64,000 bases of DNA from Octopus vulgaris (lineage: Eukaryota): contig OX597826.1 in NCBI GenBank assembly GCA_951406725.2, positions 20,460,001-20,524,000 on the forward strand, read 5' to 3'. Under the pieces are notes generated by a model. That model was given only the letters and a program-made list of their open reading frames with translations, searched no databases and was not told the origin of the DNA. The position numbers were made by a program, and so were the translations under genes. Below, in pieces: positions 28,971 through 41,360 of the stretch; position 1 is the stretch's first letter; each line of letters begins with the position of its first letter.

Positions 28971-30076
28971 CATAGAGAGAGAGAGTGAGAGAGAGAGAAG
29001 TATTTATGTCCATCTTTCCTGTAGTTGTATATGTCTGTCATATTTATGTTTGTGTTTAGTATTATACTCAAACACGGACATACTGTCACACACATACATA
29101 TAGACACATGTCACACACGCTCACTTATATGTACGTATAGATTCATAAGAGGTCATTGCAGCTAAGTTCTGGTTCGTTCTTGATATAAATAGCTATTTGC
29201 TCATTCTTAGAGAATTAAATCCAGCAGTTATATGTTGTATTCCTTGTTTAACGCAAAAAACAAACAAACAAACAAAGAAACATAATACCTAATGCGTTCC
29301 CAGAAAGCTAAAATATAGGATGATGTAAAACATTCAAAGTAAAGAAAACGGTCCTCAATTAGACAAACATTGGATGAGACACAGCATATTTAGATGTGAT
29401 ATTTTTAAAATTATAGTTTCGTTTAAATTAGTGTTGGTCTGGAAAATATAACAACACAGACAGAAATATAGTTTCTCAACAAAGAATATTATTATGTTGC
29501 AATGAAAAAAAATCCCCTAAAAACGTTGTGCTCGGTTAGTCATGTTTAAAAAGCCCAACGAACTTCCTTAATTGAATTAACATAAATACTTGTTTCATTT
29601 ACATAATACTTCTTCAAACCTCTTCATGTTTAATTCCACATTGCCCTGGATACAGGGAACTAAAATGACAAGCTAGCATTTGCCGATTTTTCAAACTCGT
29701 CCCAACCAATAAATGTCTTATGTGATTAATTAAGTCACTAATAATAATGATTCATAATAATTATATATATATATTGTTTGTTTTTAAAACTTCAACAAAT
29801 ATCTGTCCCAAAATGGAGATAAACAGCAACAACAATAGCAACCATTTCTGTTATTAAAAGATAAATAGCTATATATACGAAATAATTAAAAAAAATTGTA
29901 TTATCGAATCTTCATTTAATCTTTCGCTTGCTTGAAATATTTTTATGCATATGTCAGAAAGTAAATTTTAGCAAATATAGCCAAAATAGTATAATTAAAG
30001 CAATTAAGATGGTCTTATTGATAAGTGACTAACGAAGTTACATACGATAGTAGTCAGTCATCTCAATATAACAATA

Positions 30077-30177
<101 letters not shown>

Positions 30178-30397
30178 GTCAGTCGAACTGCGATTAATCA
30201 CGGAAAGATAGGATGAATGGAAGAAACTTAAACAATAAATTATATTTAGTGTTGGCCGAGGGTGCAGAGCTTTGAAACTCATTAACCGTATGGAACAACG
30301 CGCGTGCATATGTGCCTGCGTGCACGTATGTGTGTGTGTTGTGTGTGTGTGTGTGTGTGTATGTGTGTGTGTGTGTGTATGTGTGTGTGTGTATGTG

Positions 30398-30449
<52 letters not shown>

Positions 30450-30642
30450 CACATACACACACACACACGTGTGTGTGTGCATGTGTGTGTCTCTATATAT
30501 TTGTATAAATTATAATTATATATATATAAAAATATAATTATATATATATATAATAAATACAATTATATATATATATATATACAGACTCACATTATTATTT
30601 ACATATATGTACAAATATATATATGTATATATATGTATATAT

Positions 30643-30708
<66 letters not shown>

Positions 30709-30777
30709 TACATATGTATATACATATAAGCATATAAGTATGTGTATATACCTGTTCGTATACATACAAATATAACC

Positions 30778-31852
30778 AGTTTGTTGGCCACGTTGAGGTC
30801 CAAATATTCTCACAGTTCACTGGTCCCACTCACGAAGTATACTCTCCCACAAACAACTAGACTCCTCCCTCTCCATTGTCCAATCCTTCAATTCTGCCCT
30901 CGAATTCTCCACCACTATCTCTAACTCTTCCGTCGAATTTCTCGACATTTCTGTCAGCACAACCACTCTGTCCTCACTACCGCCATCCACTACAAACACA
31001 CTGACTCACATTCCTACTTTAATTTCTCCTCCTCCCAACCTACCCACACCAAGCTCTCCATCCCCTACTCCAATTCCTCCGCCTGCGCAAGCTCTGCAAT
31101 GACAACCATGATTTTAAGACTCAGTCTCATCTCATGGCTCTACACTTAATCCTTCGTGGATATCCTCTCACCACTACCCACACTGCCCTTACCAGGGTAC
31201 GATCTGTGGACCGTACCTCTGTTCTTTCTCCTCGCACCCGCCCCGCTAATACCCTAACCCCTACCATTCATCCACTCTGCCCCGCCAACACATCATTCTC
31301 CAAGCTTTCTGGCGACTCCAGTCCGAACCCTCCACCTCACACATCTTCCCCGACCTACTCCTTCCTTCCTGCAAATGAGCCCGTAACCTGCATGAACTCC
31401 TGCTCCACAATTCCTTCCCTAACTCCACCTCCCAGCCTGGCTCGTTCCTCTACTCCCGCCCTTGCTGTTGCACCTGCCCCTACCTCTCCAAAATCACTAT
31501 CCTCACTGGTACCCATCATCGTCCCTACCACATCACCGACTTCTTTACCTGCACTTCTAGTAACGTCGTTTACTGCATCTCCTGCTGTCTCTGTCCTTCC
31601 CTGCACACTGGTTAAACGGAACGCCGCTTGGCTGACCGGTTCGCGGAGCACCCCTGTGACATCAGATTCGGCAATGACACCCCGGCCGCGCGCCATTTCC
31701 GCTCTACCTGTCATTCGCTACATCTCTCTGTGTTTGGATTATCTTTGCATAGGAGCCACCCGGACTCCCACCTTTACAGTGAACAGGAATTCAACTTCTC
31801 TCTTCATTCTTTTGCGCCACATGGGCTCAACTCACCTCATCTCCTCATTTGA
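30778..31852 (+). pseudogene. Penelope-like element (possibly Neptune-type): RT C-terminus/thumb, Cys linker, GIY-YIG endonuclease; decayed
   Basis: LFVGHVE, VEFLDI, HYKHTDSHSY, SIPYS.FLRLRKLC, RGYP, RPRCCTCPY, CTSSNVVYCISC, G.TERRLADRFAEH, PHGLN. Confidence 0.9.
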
Positions 31853-32195
31853 CACCAACCCTACATCACTCCACACACACTAGTACTGACCATCGTCCAC
31901 ACACCCACACACTATCTTCAATAGCATCACCACAAATACCACTATATGGGCGGCCACACACACTGTTTAACTTAGTACACACGCCACACACCATCATGCA
32001 CACTCCTACACCCACACAAGCACATCATACCTGAATGCAGACTATATATACACATACACACACACGCACACACACACATACACACACATGTGCACACACC
32101 ACATGAAAAATCACACATCAACTGCTACACAAAGCACACACGTTACTGACGCATACACGCGCGCGCGCGTTAGTCACTCGCCCCTATTCACACCC

Positions 32196-32237
<42 letters not shown>

Positions 32238-32454
32238 GAAATATTGAATTTCTAAATGTCTCAGAGAGACATAAGCGGTGGTGAAGCGATATAGTGGTCG
32301 TATACTGTCAACTCAATGTGACAGTCCCGTAAGGGAATTACACCACCACCATTTAGCCCTAGGAAACATCGACGTCTCCTGTCGGCTTTGACACATTTTC
32401 TGTGTCCTTATATTTGCAAGGGAGGCAATCACCCCCGCGGGCCGGGACAAGGCA

Positions 32455-32500
32455 CCTGAAGACATATGTTTCTGAGTGTATTGCTCATCGTCAGTTCAGG
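32455..32500 (-). ncRNA. Type I hammerhead ribozyme, left arm
   Basis: Exact reverse complement of 32562-32607. Confidence 0.87.
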
Positions 32501-32561
32501 GTAGCCTGCCTCGCTCGCTGAGATGACTGCAACCTCTCTGCAAGCGAGCGAGGCAGGCTAC

Positions 32562-32607
32562 CCTGAACTGACGATGAGCAATACACTCAGAAACATATGT
32601 CTTCAGG
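32562..32607 (+). ncRNA. Type I hammerhead ribozyme, right arm
   Basis: CCUGAA-CUGACGA-UGAG-caauaca-CUCA-GAAA-CAUAUG-UC^-UUCAGG; palindromic stem III ACAUAUGU; predicted cleavage after 32601. Confidence 0.88.
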
Positions 32608-32768
32608 TGCCTTGTCCCGGCCTGCGGGGGTGATTGCCTCCCTTTGCAAATATAAGGACACATAAAATGTGTCAAAGCCGCGACAGGAGACGTCGATGTT
32701 TCCTAGGGCTAAATGGCGGTGATGTAATTCCCTTACGGGACTGTCACATTGAGTTGACAGTATAAGAC

Positions 32769-32808
<40 letters not shown>

Positions 32809-32811
<3 letters not shown>

Positions 32812-34141
32812 CCAGCGTTTGCAATACTTTTTTCGTCTGGCGTTAACAGCCCTTCTTATCTTGTTCTCCTTGTCCTGTCTCTCACTGTTATATATTTATT
32901 TTTCCACTGTTTATATATATATTTTTTACTGTTTATATGTTTGTACTGTCGTTACCGTCTTGCTTTTTTTTACCCCTCTGCGAAAAGATCTCAGAATTTT
33001 AATTGATTTGCTTTTCGCAGGAAGGAAGCTTTCTTCGAAGTATACGTCTCGCTTTTATCCTTCGAAACGTTTAGTAGATGAAACCTTAGCGACTGAAGAA
33101 GGGGATTTTTCGTTGTGCTTATTGTCTTGTATCTCTCTTTTTTTTGCTTGTCTTGTCCCTTGGTTTGTGTCTATGTTTTTCGTCTCTCTATGTGTTCGAC
33201 GTCTTTTTGGTGTCCTGTACACATATATGCGTGTATATGTACATGTAGAGGTAGGTACGTACATATATGTTTATATATATGCATATGTTCTATTTTATTA
33301 ACATATTATACGACTAAACGCACGCACCCTATTAAGTAAGATTGTTCTGTTTATCAAGTTAGCCTTGATATTAACTCTCACGCGACTCTGCATCTTTCTT
33401 TCTTTCTCTCCCATTCCCTTTTTCGTCTTTTTTTCCCTCACTTAACTTGTCTCTTCCTCTCTCTCTCCCCCTCACCGTTCTTCATGGTCTCCTCGCACCA
33501 TTCCCCTTCTTCTCTCTCTTCCTCTTGCTCCTCCTCCCCCATTCCCGTCGTCCATCTGCGACGATACTTCCGTCGTAACTGCTATCCTGTCTTTTCTCGC
33601 CCGCCTTCTAAGGCTACTGGTCGACATCTTTCTCTCTCGTCGTCCACTTTAATCCAGCGTTTGCAATACTTTTTTCGTCTGGCGTTAACAGCCCTTCTTA
33701 TCTTGTTCTCCTTGTCCTGTCTCTCACTGTTATATATTTATTTTTCCACTGTTTATATATATATTTTTTACTGTTTATATGTTTGTACTGTCGTTACCGT
33801 CTTGCTTTTTTTTACCCCTCTGCGAAAAGATCTCAGAATTTTAATTGATTTGCTTTTCGCAGGAAGGAAGCTTTCTTCGAAGTATACGTCTCGCTTTTAT
33901 CCTTCGAAACGTTTAGTAGATGAAACCTTAGCGACTGAAGAAGGGGATTTTTCGTTGTGCTTATTGTCTTGTATCTCTCTTTTTTTTGCTTGTCTTGTCC
34001 CTTGGTTTGTGTCTATGTTTTTCGTCTCTCTATGTGTTCGACGTCTTTTTGGTGTCCTGTACACATATATGCGTGTATATGTACATGTAGAGGTAGGTAC
34101 GTACATATATGTTTATATATATGCATATGTTCTATTTTATT

Positions 34142-34145
<4 letters not shown>
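32809..34145 (+). mobile_element. Tandem 842-bp unit (about 1.6 copies), same family as 4623-6662
   Basis: AATCCAGCGTTT at 32809 and 33651; ends TTATTAACA then (TA)n, as in the first locus. Confidence 0.87.
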
Positions 34146-34187
<42 letters not shown>

Positions 34188-34189
<2 letters not shown>

Positions 34190-34425
34190 TATATTTCGGA
34201 ATGGTCATATTGCCAGTTTAGCCAATAAAAACACACGCACTATATATTTGGTGTTACTTTGCTTCAGTGTTATTTATTTTTTACATTAATCTTAATCTTA
34301 TTTCGGCCGAAATAAGATTAAGATTAATGTAAAAAATAAATATCACTGAAGCAAAATAACACCAAATATATAGTGCGTGTGTTTTTATTGGCTAAACTGG
34401 CAATATGACCATTCCGAAATATAAC
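34188..34425. repeat. Spacer-less 238-bp palindrome centred on TTCGG/CCGAA (34306/34307)
   Basis: 119-bp arms with 2 mismatches; sequence related to 19915-19980 and 20245-20320. Confidence 0.95.
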
Positions 34426-34496
34426 AATATCTGTTTCAACACACGACTTCACATAAAAAATCTTGCACAACAAATATTTAAACGTATATATATATG

Positions 34497-34531
<35 letters not shown>

Positions 34532-34774
34532 GTATATATATATGTATATATATGTATATGTATGTATATATATGCATATATATATTCACATGCATATATA
34601 TACATGCATATATATATACATGCATATTTAAACATTTGAATACTTGTAAAGTTATACATAAATATACGAGTATTATATATATAATAATATAAATAATATA
34701 TAAATATATGCATATATACATACATACATATATGTACATACCTACATATATATGTATATATACATGCATATATG

Positions 34775-35350
34775 GGTACAGGACATCAAAAAACGTTGAA
34801 CACTATGAGAAACGAAAACATAAAAACAAAAACATAGAAACGTTCGAAGAACGAAAAAAACAGAGAAACGAGACATACAACATAAAGAATATTCCCCTTC
34901 TTCAGTTGTCCCTGTTTCCGCATTCCGAAGGCAAGGACAAGATGCGACTTCGTTGAAACAGTCCTTCCCGCAAAGCAAATTAAATAAAATTTGGGATTTT
35001 TTGCGGAGGGTGAAAGCGGTAACAAGACCAGAACAGTGAGAACAAAACAGTAAAAACAAACGGTGAGGGTTTTTAAGCCAAGACGATAAAAAAATTATTA
35101 TGAACGCTTACGAAAGTAGTGGGCAGAAAGATAGATTCTCTTTCGTCACGTGTCAGCGACGAGAGAGTCGAGGAGGAAGAGTGAGAGAGAGGGAACGGTG
35201 AAGAGGAGAGGTGAAAAATAGGGAGGGTTGGGACAGAAAACCAGAAAAGATGAAGAACAAGAGAGAGAGAGATAGACAGAGAAGAGATAGTAAAGATAGA
35301 AGAGTGCGCATCGTAATTATTAAGATAAAACTTACTTGGGAAAGGATGCG
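34775..35350 (-). mobile_element. Diverged single-unit relative of the ~835-bp tandem family
   Basis: Colinear blocks GTACAGGACA.., CCCCTTCTTCAGT, CCTTCC..AAAGCAAAT, CTTACTT. Confidence 0.7.
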
Positions 35351-35945
35351 TGTATACATACATGTATATGTATATACATGTATGTATACATATGTATATA
35401 CAAACTCTCTCTCTCTCTCTCACAAACACACACACATGATTGCTGTCCACTCGTGACCGAGGAAGACCATCACTGAATATTAGGAATACTGAACACTCAA
35501 ACTAACTTACGAATTACATTTGTGTCTCTGTTGGCGACCAATGGACCAAAACTTTGATCGACATTACACGCTCATAGATATTAAAGGCAATTATTCAGAT
35601 CCCTGTTCTCATAATGAACACCGTAAGTTAGTTGTTCAAATTTAAAACAAACCCTTCCACACAAGAAGACGTGATCTCGTGAAACTCTCGTCTATAAAAT
35701 ATCGTAAGAGATTGCAAGACAATCTAATATATTTACAGGACATCGAGGCGAGAGAAAACGAGTAACGATGAAGTAAGCAGGCAGTTGGCAGTCTTGGAAT
35801 TCATCGAAGAAGAAATGTATTTGAGTGCAACAAACTTTCCACAAATCTTTCCCGCCTTCTACTTAGAACAGGTCATTTTACAAGACATTTTTTTATTTGT
35901 ATTTAGGTATTTATTCAAACCTTTTTCACATTTTCTGCCTCAAGC

Positions 35946-35996
<51 letters not shown>

Positions 35997-36036
35997 CATA
36001 TATATGCATATATATAGATATATATATATACATACA

Positions 36037-36100
<64 letters not shown>

Positions 36101-36197
36101 CATCCACATACATATATATATGCGCGTGTTTATGTGTGTGTGTGCATATATATGCATGTATGCGTGTCTATGTATTTGTATGTTATGTGTATATATT

Positions 36198-36236
<39 letters not shown>

Positions 36237-36273
36237 ATCAATATGTATGTATGTATCTATCTATCTACACAAA

Positions 36274-36306
<33 letters not shown>

Positions 36307-36445
36307 GTCTCTAGTTCATTGAAATAAATGAAAGAGAAGTTAAGAGTCAACGAAGCATGTCTACTCCAAAAGTCATGCTTGTGAATTTTCTGAATTTTCT
36401 GAAGAAATTCATGTCTGTTGTAAATGCCACCCACAACGCCCAAAG

Positions 36446-36517
<72 letters not shown>

Positions 36518-37079
36518 ACTCATCTTATAAATTCGATTGATAGATGGAGCTGTGGTTCTTCCTCTCTCTGTCATCTAAAACAACGGCCCATCCTTCACGT
36601 TCTGACCTTCTTTATTCTCGATACTCTTCCTTTTGCATATAACTACTTGTATATATTTTAGCCGCTCAATGAATTGGCAGAAGCGCTAGAACGTTAGCGA
36701 AAGCATCTTGCTGTACTCATCCCAAGACTCTGCTTCCTGAGTTCAAATCCTGCCGAAGGAAACTTTTCCTTTCTCTTTCTAAATCCGTATTTTTTCTTTT
36801 CCCCCTGGACTGATTTGGGATTCAAATGTGATACTAACTCGCCCTGAGAATTCCGTTAGTGTTCACAGGTCTTTGGAGTACTCATTTGCTAACACGTTAA
36901 TTCCATGAACAAAACTTTGACAAATAACTTAACACTCATCGGCGACACCGAAGGACGATCCATATATATATATATATATATAAATATAAAGGGAAAGTTT
37001 ACGAAAATAAACAAAAGACGAAGGCAGGTGGAGTACAAACAAACAAATGTATTAGTATAGCGCTCAGGAATAGAAAAAG

Positions 37080-37117
37080 TCTTTTACGTTTCGAGCCTAC
37101 GCTCTTCGACAGAAAGA
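37080..37117 (-). ncRNA. Minimal hammerhead with A6U variant core
   Basis: Minus strand: UCUUU-CUGUCGA-A-GAGC-guag-GCUC-GAAA-CG-UA^-AAAGA. Confidence 0.72.
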
Positions 37118-37259
37118 TACACAGAAAAAAACAAGGAGAGAAAAATGCGTGTAGGAGCTAACGATCTGTCATGGCGTACACACGTGAGTGGACAAAGGAA
37201 AGAAGGGCATTCAACAAATTTATAAATTTATTGAGAGTTGCATGTATGGATCAAATCAC

Positions 37260-39358
37260 TTTGATTCAAATTCGCTGGTACTCTTGAGTTTCAAGCGTGA
37301 TGCTAGTCGTCAGCTATTTTGAATTTGAATGATAGAAGTTGAGGGTTATTAACGTGAGGTGGGCTGCAATTAGTCGAATAAGGTCACGCGCTGTCGTGGT
37401 GGATCTTTTCAATCTCAGTCACAGATTTTTTAATTAATTGTTTTTTTAACTAAGCAGTTTGAAACTTCGGATTCTGGTTGAATGTGTCACGTAGAACAAG
37501 GTTTACTCTTAACGTTTTTGACAAAATTTTGTATTTTAGAACTTATTTCGTGTTAAAGTTGTCATATTTGGGTAATTTTAACCAAACAATGAGGTGTATT
37601 CAGCTGAAGAAAGTTACTGCTTTTTGCTGAGATTGAAAAGGTCCGTCGTGGTTTCATGTAGGTATATGGGTAATAGTTAGTTGGAAAATACCGCATGGTG
37701 AATAGGAAATTGGCCACGTGGAGGACAGGAAATAGACCACATGGCGATTAGGAAATCAGTCAGGTTGTTGGAATAAGGAAGTAGGAACGGTTAGGGTTAG
37801 GTTTAGGGTTGTACAAGTATATTGTTCTATATGTGGTTGTGTAGATGCGCTCATATGGTTTTGCGTGAATGTGTGACTTGATGCGAGCATGCGCATCTGT
37901 GAATGGGCGCGCACGCGCACGTTTGCACACATACACACACACGCACATGCACTTGGACGAACACGCACACTCGGACACGCACATACATGCACGCGCGCAC
38001 ACACACATGCACACACACATACGCATACACACACGCACATGCGTATTCGTTCATATGTACATATGTATATTCGCATGCATGTACGGATGCATACCAGTGT
38101 GCACGTGCACATGTGCATTCGCACGCGCGCGTGCGTGAGTATACACGCGCAAAACCAGCAATGTGGTTAGTAAGCGTTGAGGATTGGTAAACGCTGGGGA
38201 GGAGTAGATGTTGGGGACTGGTACATGGCGGTCCTGCTCATGGGGCTGGTGCAGGCGGTGCAGAGTAGCAATTGGTGCTAAGGTAGTATATATCCGGGTT
38301 GTCAGCAGTCAGAGGGCTGAAATCTGCGGGTTGTTGGAGGATATGCAGTTTTTCTCGGAAGCAGAGCTGGCAGTTGGTGGCCTCGGGTGAATATGGTGGT
38401 ACTCTGATGCTGGGTATTTCATCTCTGTGATGAAATATATTAAAATATATACCCAACTTCATGTTGTCGACAGAGTGCCACCATTTTCACCCGGCGCCCC
38501 CAACTGCCAGCTCTGCCTCCGCGAAAAACTGCGTATCCTCCAACAACCCGCAGCATCCATCAACAAGAAATACAATTTATCGTATTGCTGTCACCGGAAG
38601 TATGCTCTTCTGGCAAATTTCAGGCCTCTGAGTGCCGTACAACCCGGATATACCACCTCAGCACCAGCTGCTACTCTGCACTGCCTGCACCAAGGTCACC
38701 GCTACCAACCAAACCCATGAGCAGGACTGCCATTTACCAATTCCCAACATCTACCCATCCCCAACACATTCTAATCTCCAACGCTTGTTTTGCGCGTGTA
38801 TACCCACGCACGCGCGCGAATGCACATGTGCACACGCACACTGGTATGCATGCGAATATAAATATATGTACAAATGAACGAATATGCATATGTGTGTATA
38901 CATGTATGCATATACGCGTGTATATGTGTTCGTCCAACAGTATGCGTGTGCTTGCGTGTGTGCAGACGTGCGCCTGCGCGTCCATGTACAGATGCGCACG
39001 CTCGCATCAATATACACATGCACGCAAAACCATATGAGCGCGTCTACACACCTACATATAGGGCTATATACTTGTACATGCCACTCCTACTTCCATCCTC
39101 CCAACAACCTGATTGATTTCCTAATCGCCACGTGGTCTTTTTCCTGTCCTCCACGTGGTCAATTTCCTGTTCGCCATGCGGTATTTTCCAACTAACTGTT
39201 ACTGATATACCAACATCAAGCAAAAACAGCGCGTAACCTTCTTCGACCAATCGCAGCCCACCTCACAGTTATAACAATCAACTTCTCTCATTCAAATTCC
39301 AAATAGCTGGCGACTAGCATCACGCTTGAAACTTAAGAGTACCAACGAATTTTAATCA
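37260..39358. mobile_element. ~2.1-kb diverged inverted duplication of a PLE 3' end (GIY-YIG C-terminus, 3' UTR, decayed hammerhead)
   Basis: Both arms encode P(P/Y)..NCQLC(L/F)REKL(R/H)ILQQP; + arm continues INKK...CCHRKYALL; hammerhead relics at 37264-37330 (-) and 39290-39356 (+). Confidence 0.8.
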
Positions 39359-40311
39359 CACACACACACACACAAGCACACACAAATTGATCTGATTTCT
39401 ATGTGGACCATTACATATTTGTTGTTAGTACAAACACTTTCTTAAGTAACACGAGGCGCCATTCCATTGGGCAGTATTTAGAGAAGGAAGTTTAGTGGAA
39501 TCCTTCCTGAAACCCAACTCTCTCTCTCTCTCTTCGGTTGACCATGCATTTCTAACAAGGTTTCATTGTATACACGGCATTGGAAATAATTCACAGAATT
39601 AAATATGATATTCAATTCCAAAAAAAAAAAAAAAAATGAAGAGATTAGGCAAGAAAACATGACTAACAACAAAATACAGACCAAAAGTCAATACATACGT
39701 AAAATCATGAAATTTACCAAGACATTTTTTCCGAATCCAAGGTTGACCATTTTATTAATAGTTTCCCATGAGCCTTTGCAACTGACTGCAAAGCGCGCCG
39801 ACAACCGCTCATTTTTTCTGCTAAGACCGGGTTTTGGGATGTTAAGAGGTTTTGGGGACGTTAGTGGAAAAATGAAGTTAGGAACGCTTTTGATCCACGC
39901 CAAATGTGAAGCACAAATAAATGTGAAAAATCTTTTATCAAAAACGTCAAGCGCAAACATAGTCATGTCTTTTAAGACATTTGTGCGCGTGTGCACATAC
40001 ATAAATACACACACACACTGATACATAGATACAAACATATGAATGTGTATGTACAGGTGTTTATACCGACTCTGGTTGTATTGTATTGTTTCCTCCATAT
40101 GCAGCGATTCAAAAAGTACATCCAACAAAATAAGTATGAAACTGAAATAAGACCTGAAGGTAACATAATCGACTAAAATGTCTTGACACACATACTTATC
40201 TCTCTCTCTTTCCTTTCCTTTATTTGTGTATACACACACACACGCACACACACGCGCGCATACATACACACACACGCACGCACACGCACACACACACACA
40301 CACGCAGACGC

Positions 40312-40700
40312 AGCCGCGGCTGTGTAGTTAAGAAGTGCGCTTGCTAACCACGTGTTTTCAGGTTCAATCCTCCACTGTCTCATGAGTAAACTTGGCGAGT
40401 AGAAACTGAAAGAAGCCTGTCATAGTGTTTAGAGTATTAGGCACACATGGTTTCGTTTCGTGGACCGGGCGTCACGTTGTGTCTTTGAGCAAGGCACTTC
40501 ATTTTATATTATCCGACCGGCTCCATTGTAAATTAATAGCAGCCACTTGTCGGAGTAGCTCTGCTTCCCTTCAGCTGCCATATTGGATGTTCGGTTGGAC
40601 TGAGGCTGCAAGGACCCAGCTTCTGTCTTTGTCTGCTTACGATTAAACAAGAAACTAAAACGACTCGAGAAAGTGTGGCACACACTACCAGGTCTTATTC
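40312..40700 (+). mobile_element. Decayed SINE fragments (two adjacent)
   Basis: GGCTGTGTAGTTAAGAAG..GCTAACCACGTG..GGTTCAATCC; GTGTCTTTGAGCAAGGCACTTCATTT. Confidence 0.6.
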
Positions 40701-41306
40701 GCTTGTGTGTGATCGTCAGTGTGTGTATGTGCGTATTTACGCCTTCATTCTTTGAAATTCAAAAACATCGAGCGATGTTGGTGTTGTTACTTCTACCAGC
40801 AAATCGTCTGATCGCTTTGTTCCTTCGAGGAATTGTGAAATATATAGATCCCATTCTTAAGAAATAGACAAGGTTTAACGATTGTAAGACAATGACTCGA
40901 TAATGTATTCACCTAACCCATGTTAGCAAGGAAAAATGAAGGTAAAGCCGAACTAATTTATGTATATTCTTTCTCTTTCATTTTACCTTTCTCTCTTCTA
41001 ACACACACAAGACGTCTCCCCACCACACACGTGTAGATTCACGTTAAATTCAACTGAGTGAAAAATCCTGGCCCAATTTCAAAGAAAAGTAAGGAAAGAG
41101 AAGGAGAGAAGGAGAGAGTGAGAGACGGGGAGAGAGAATGATAGAGACAGAAATATGAGCGGAAAATGAAGAAATATGTATATGCACACACTTTTGGTCT
41201 TTCCCTCTCCCTGACTCTTTCACAAACAAATGCATAAATACATGCTCACATGTATACACATACACACACATACGTATTTATATAGATAGGTATAAATGCG
41301 TGCGTA

Positions 41307-41360
<54 letters not shown>

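Larger units (their letters stand above)
32289..32776. repeat. Near-perfect inverted repeat, ~230-bp arms (32289-32519 / 32543-32776), 23-nt spacer, within (TA)n
   Basis: Arms are reverse complements with about 7 differences counted by eye. Confidence 0.97.

Noticed and set aside
39688-39990. Possible host exon on the minus strand ending at a GTATGT donor
   Set aside because: Unique sequence but no recognisable protein similarity or partner exon; cannot be supported without RNA data.
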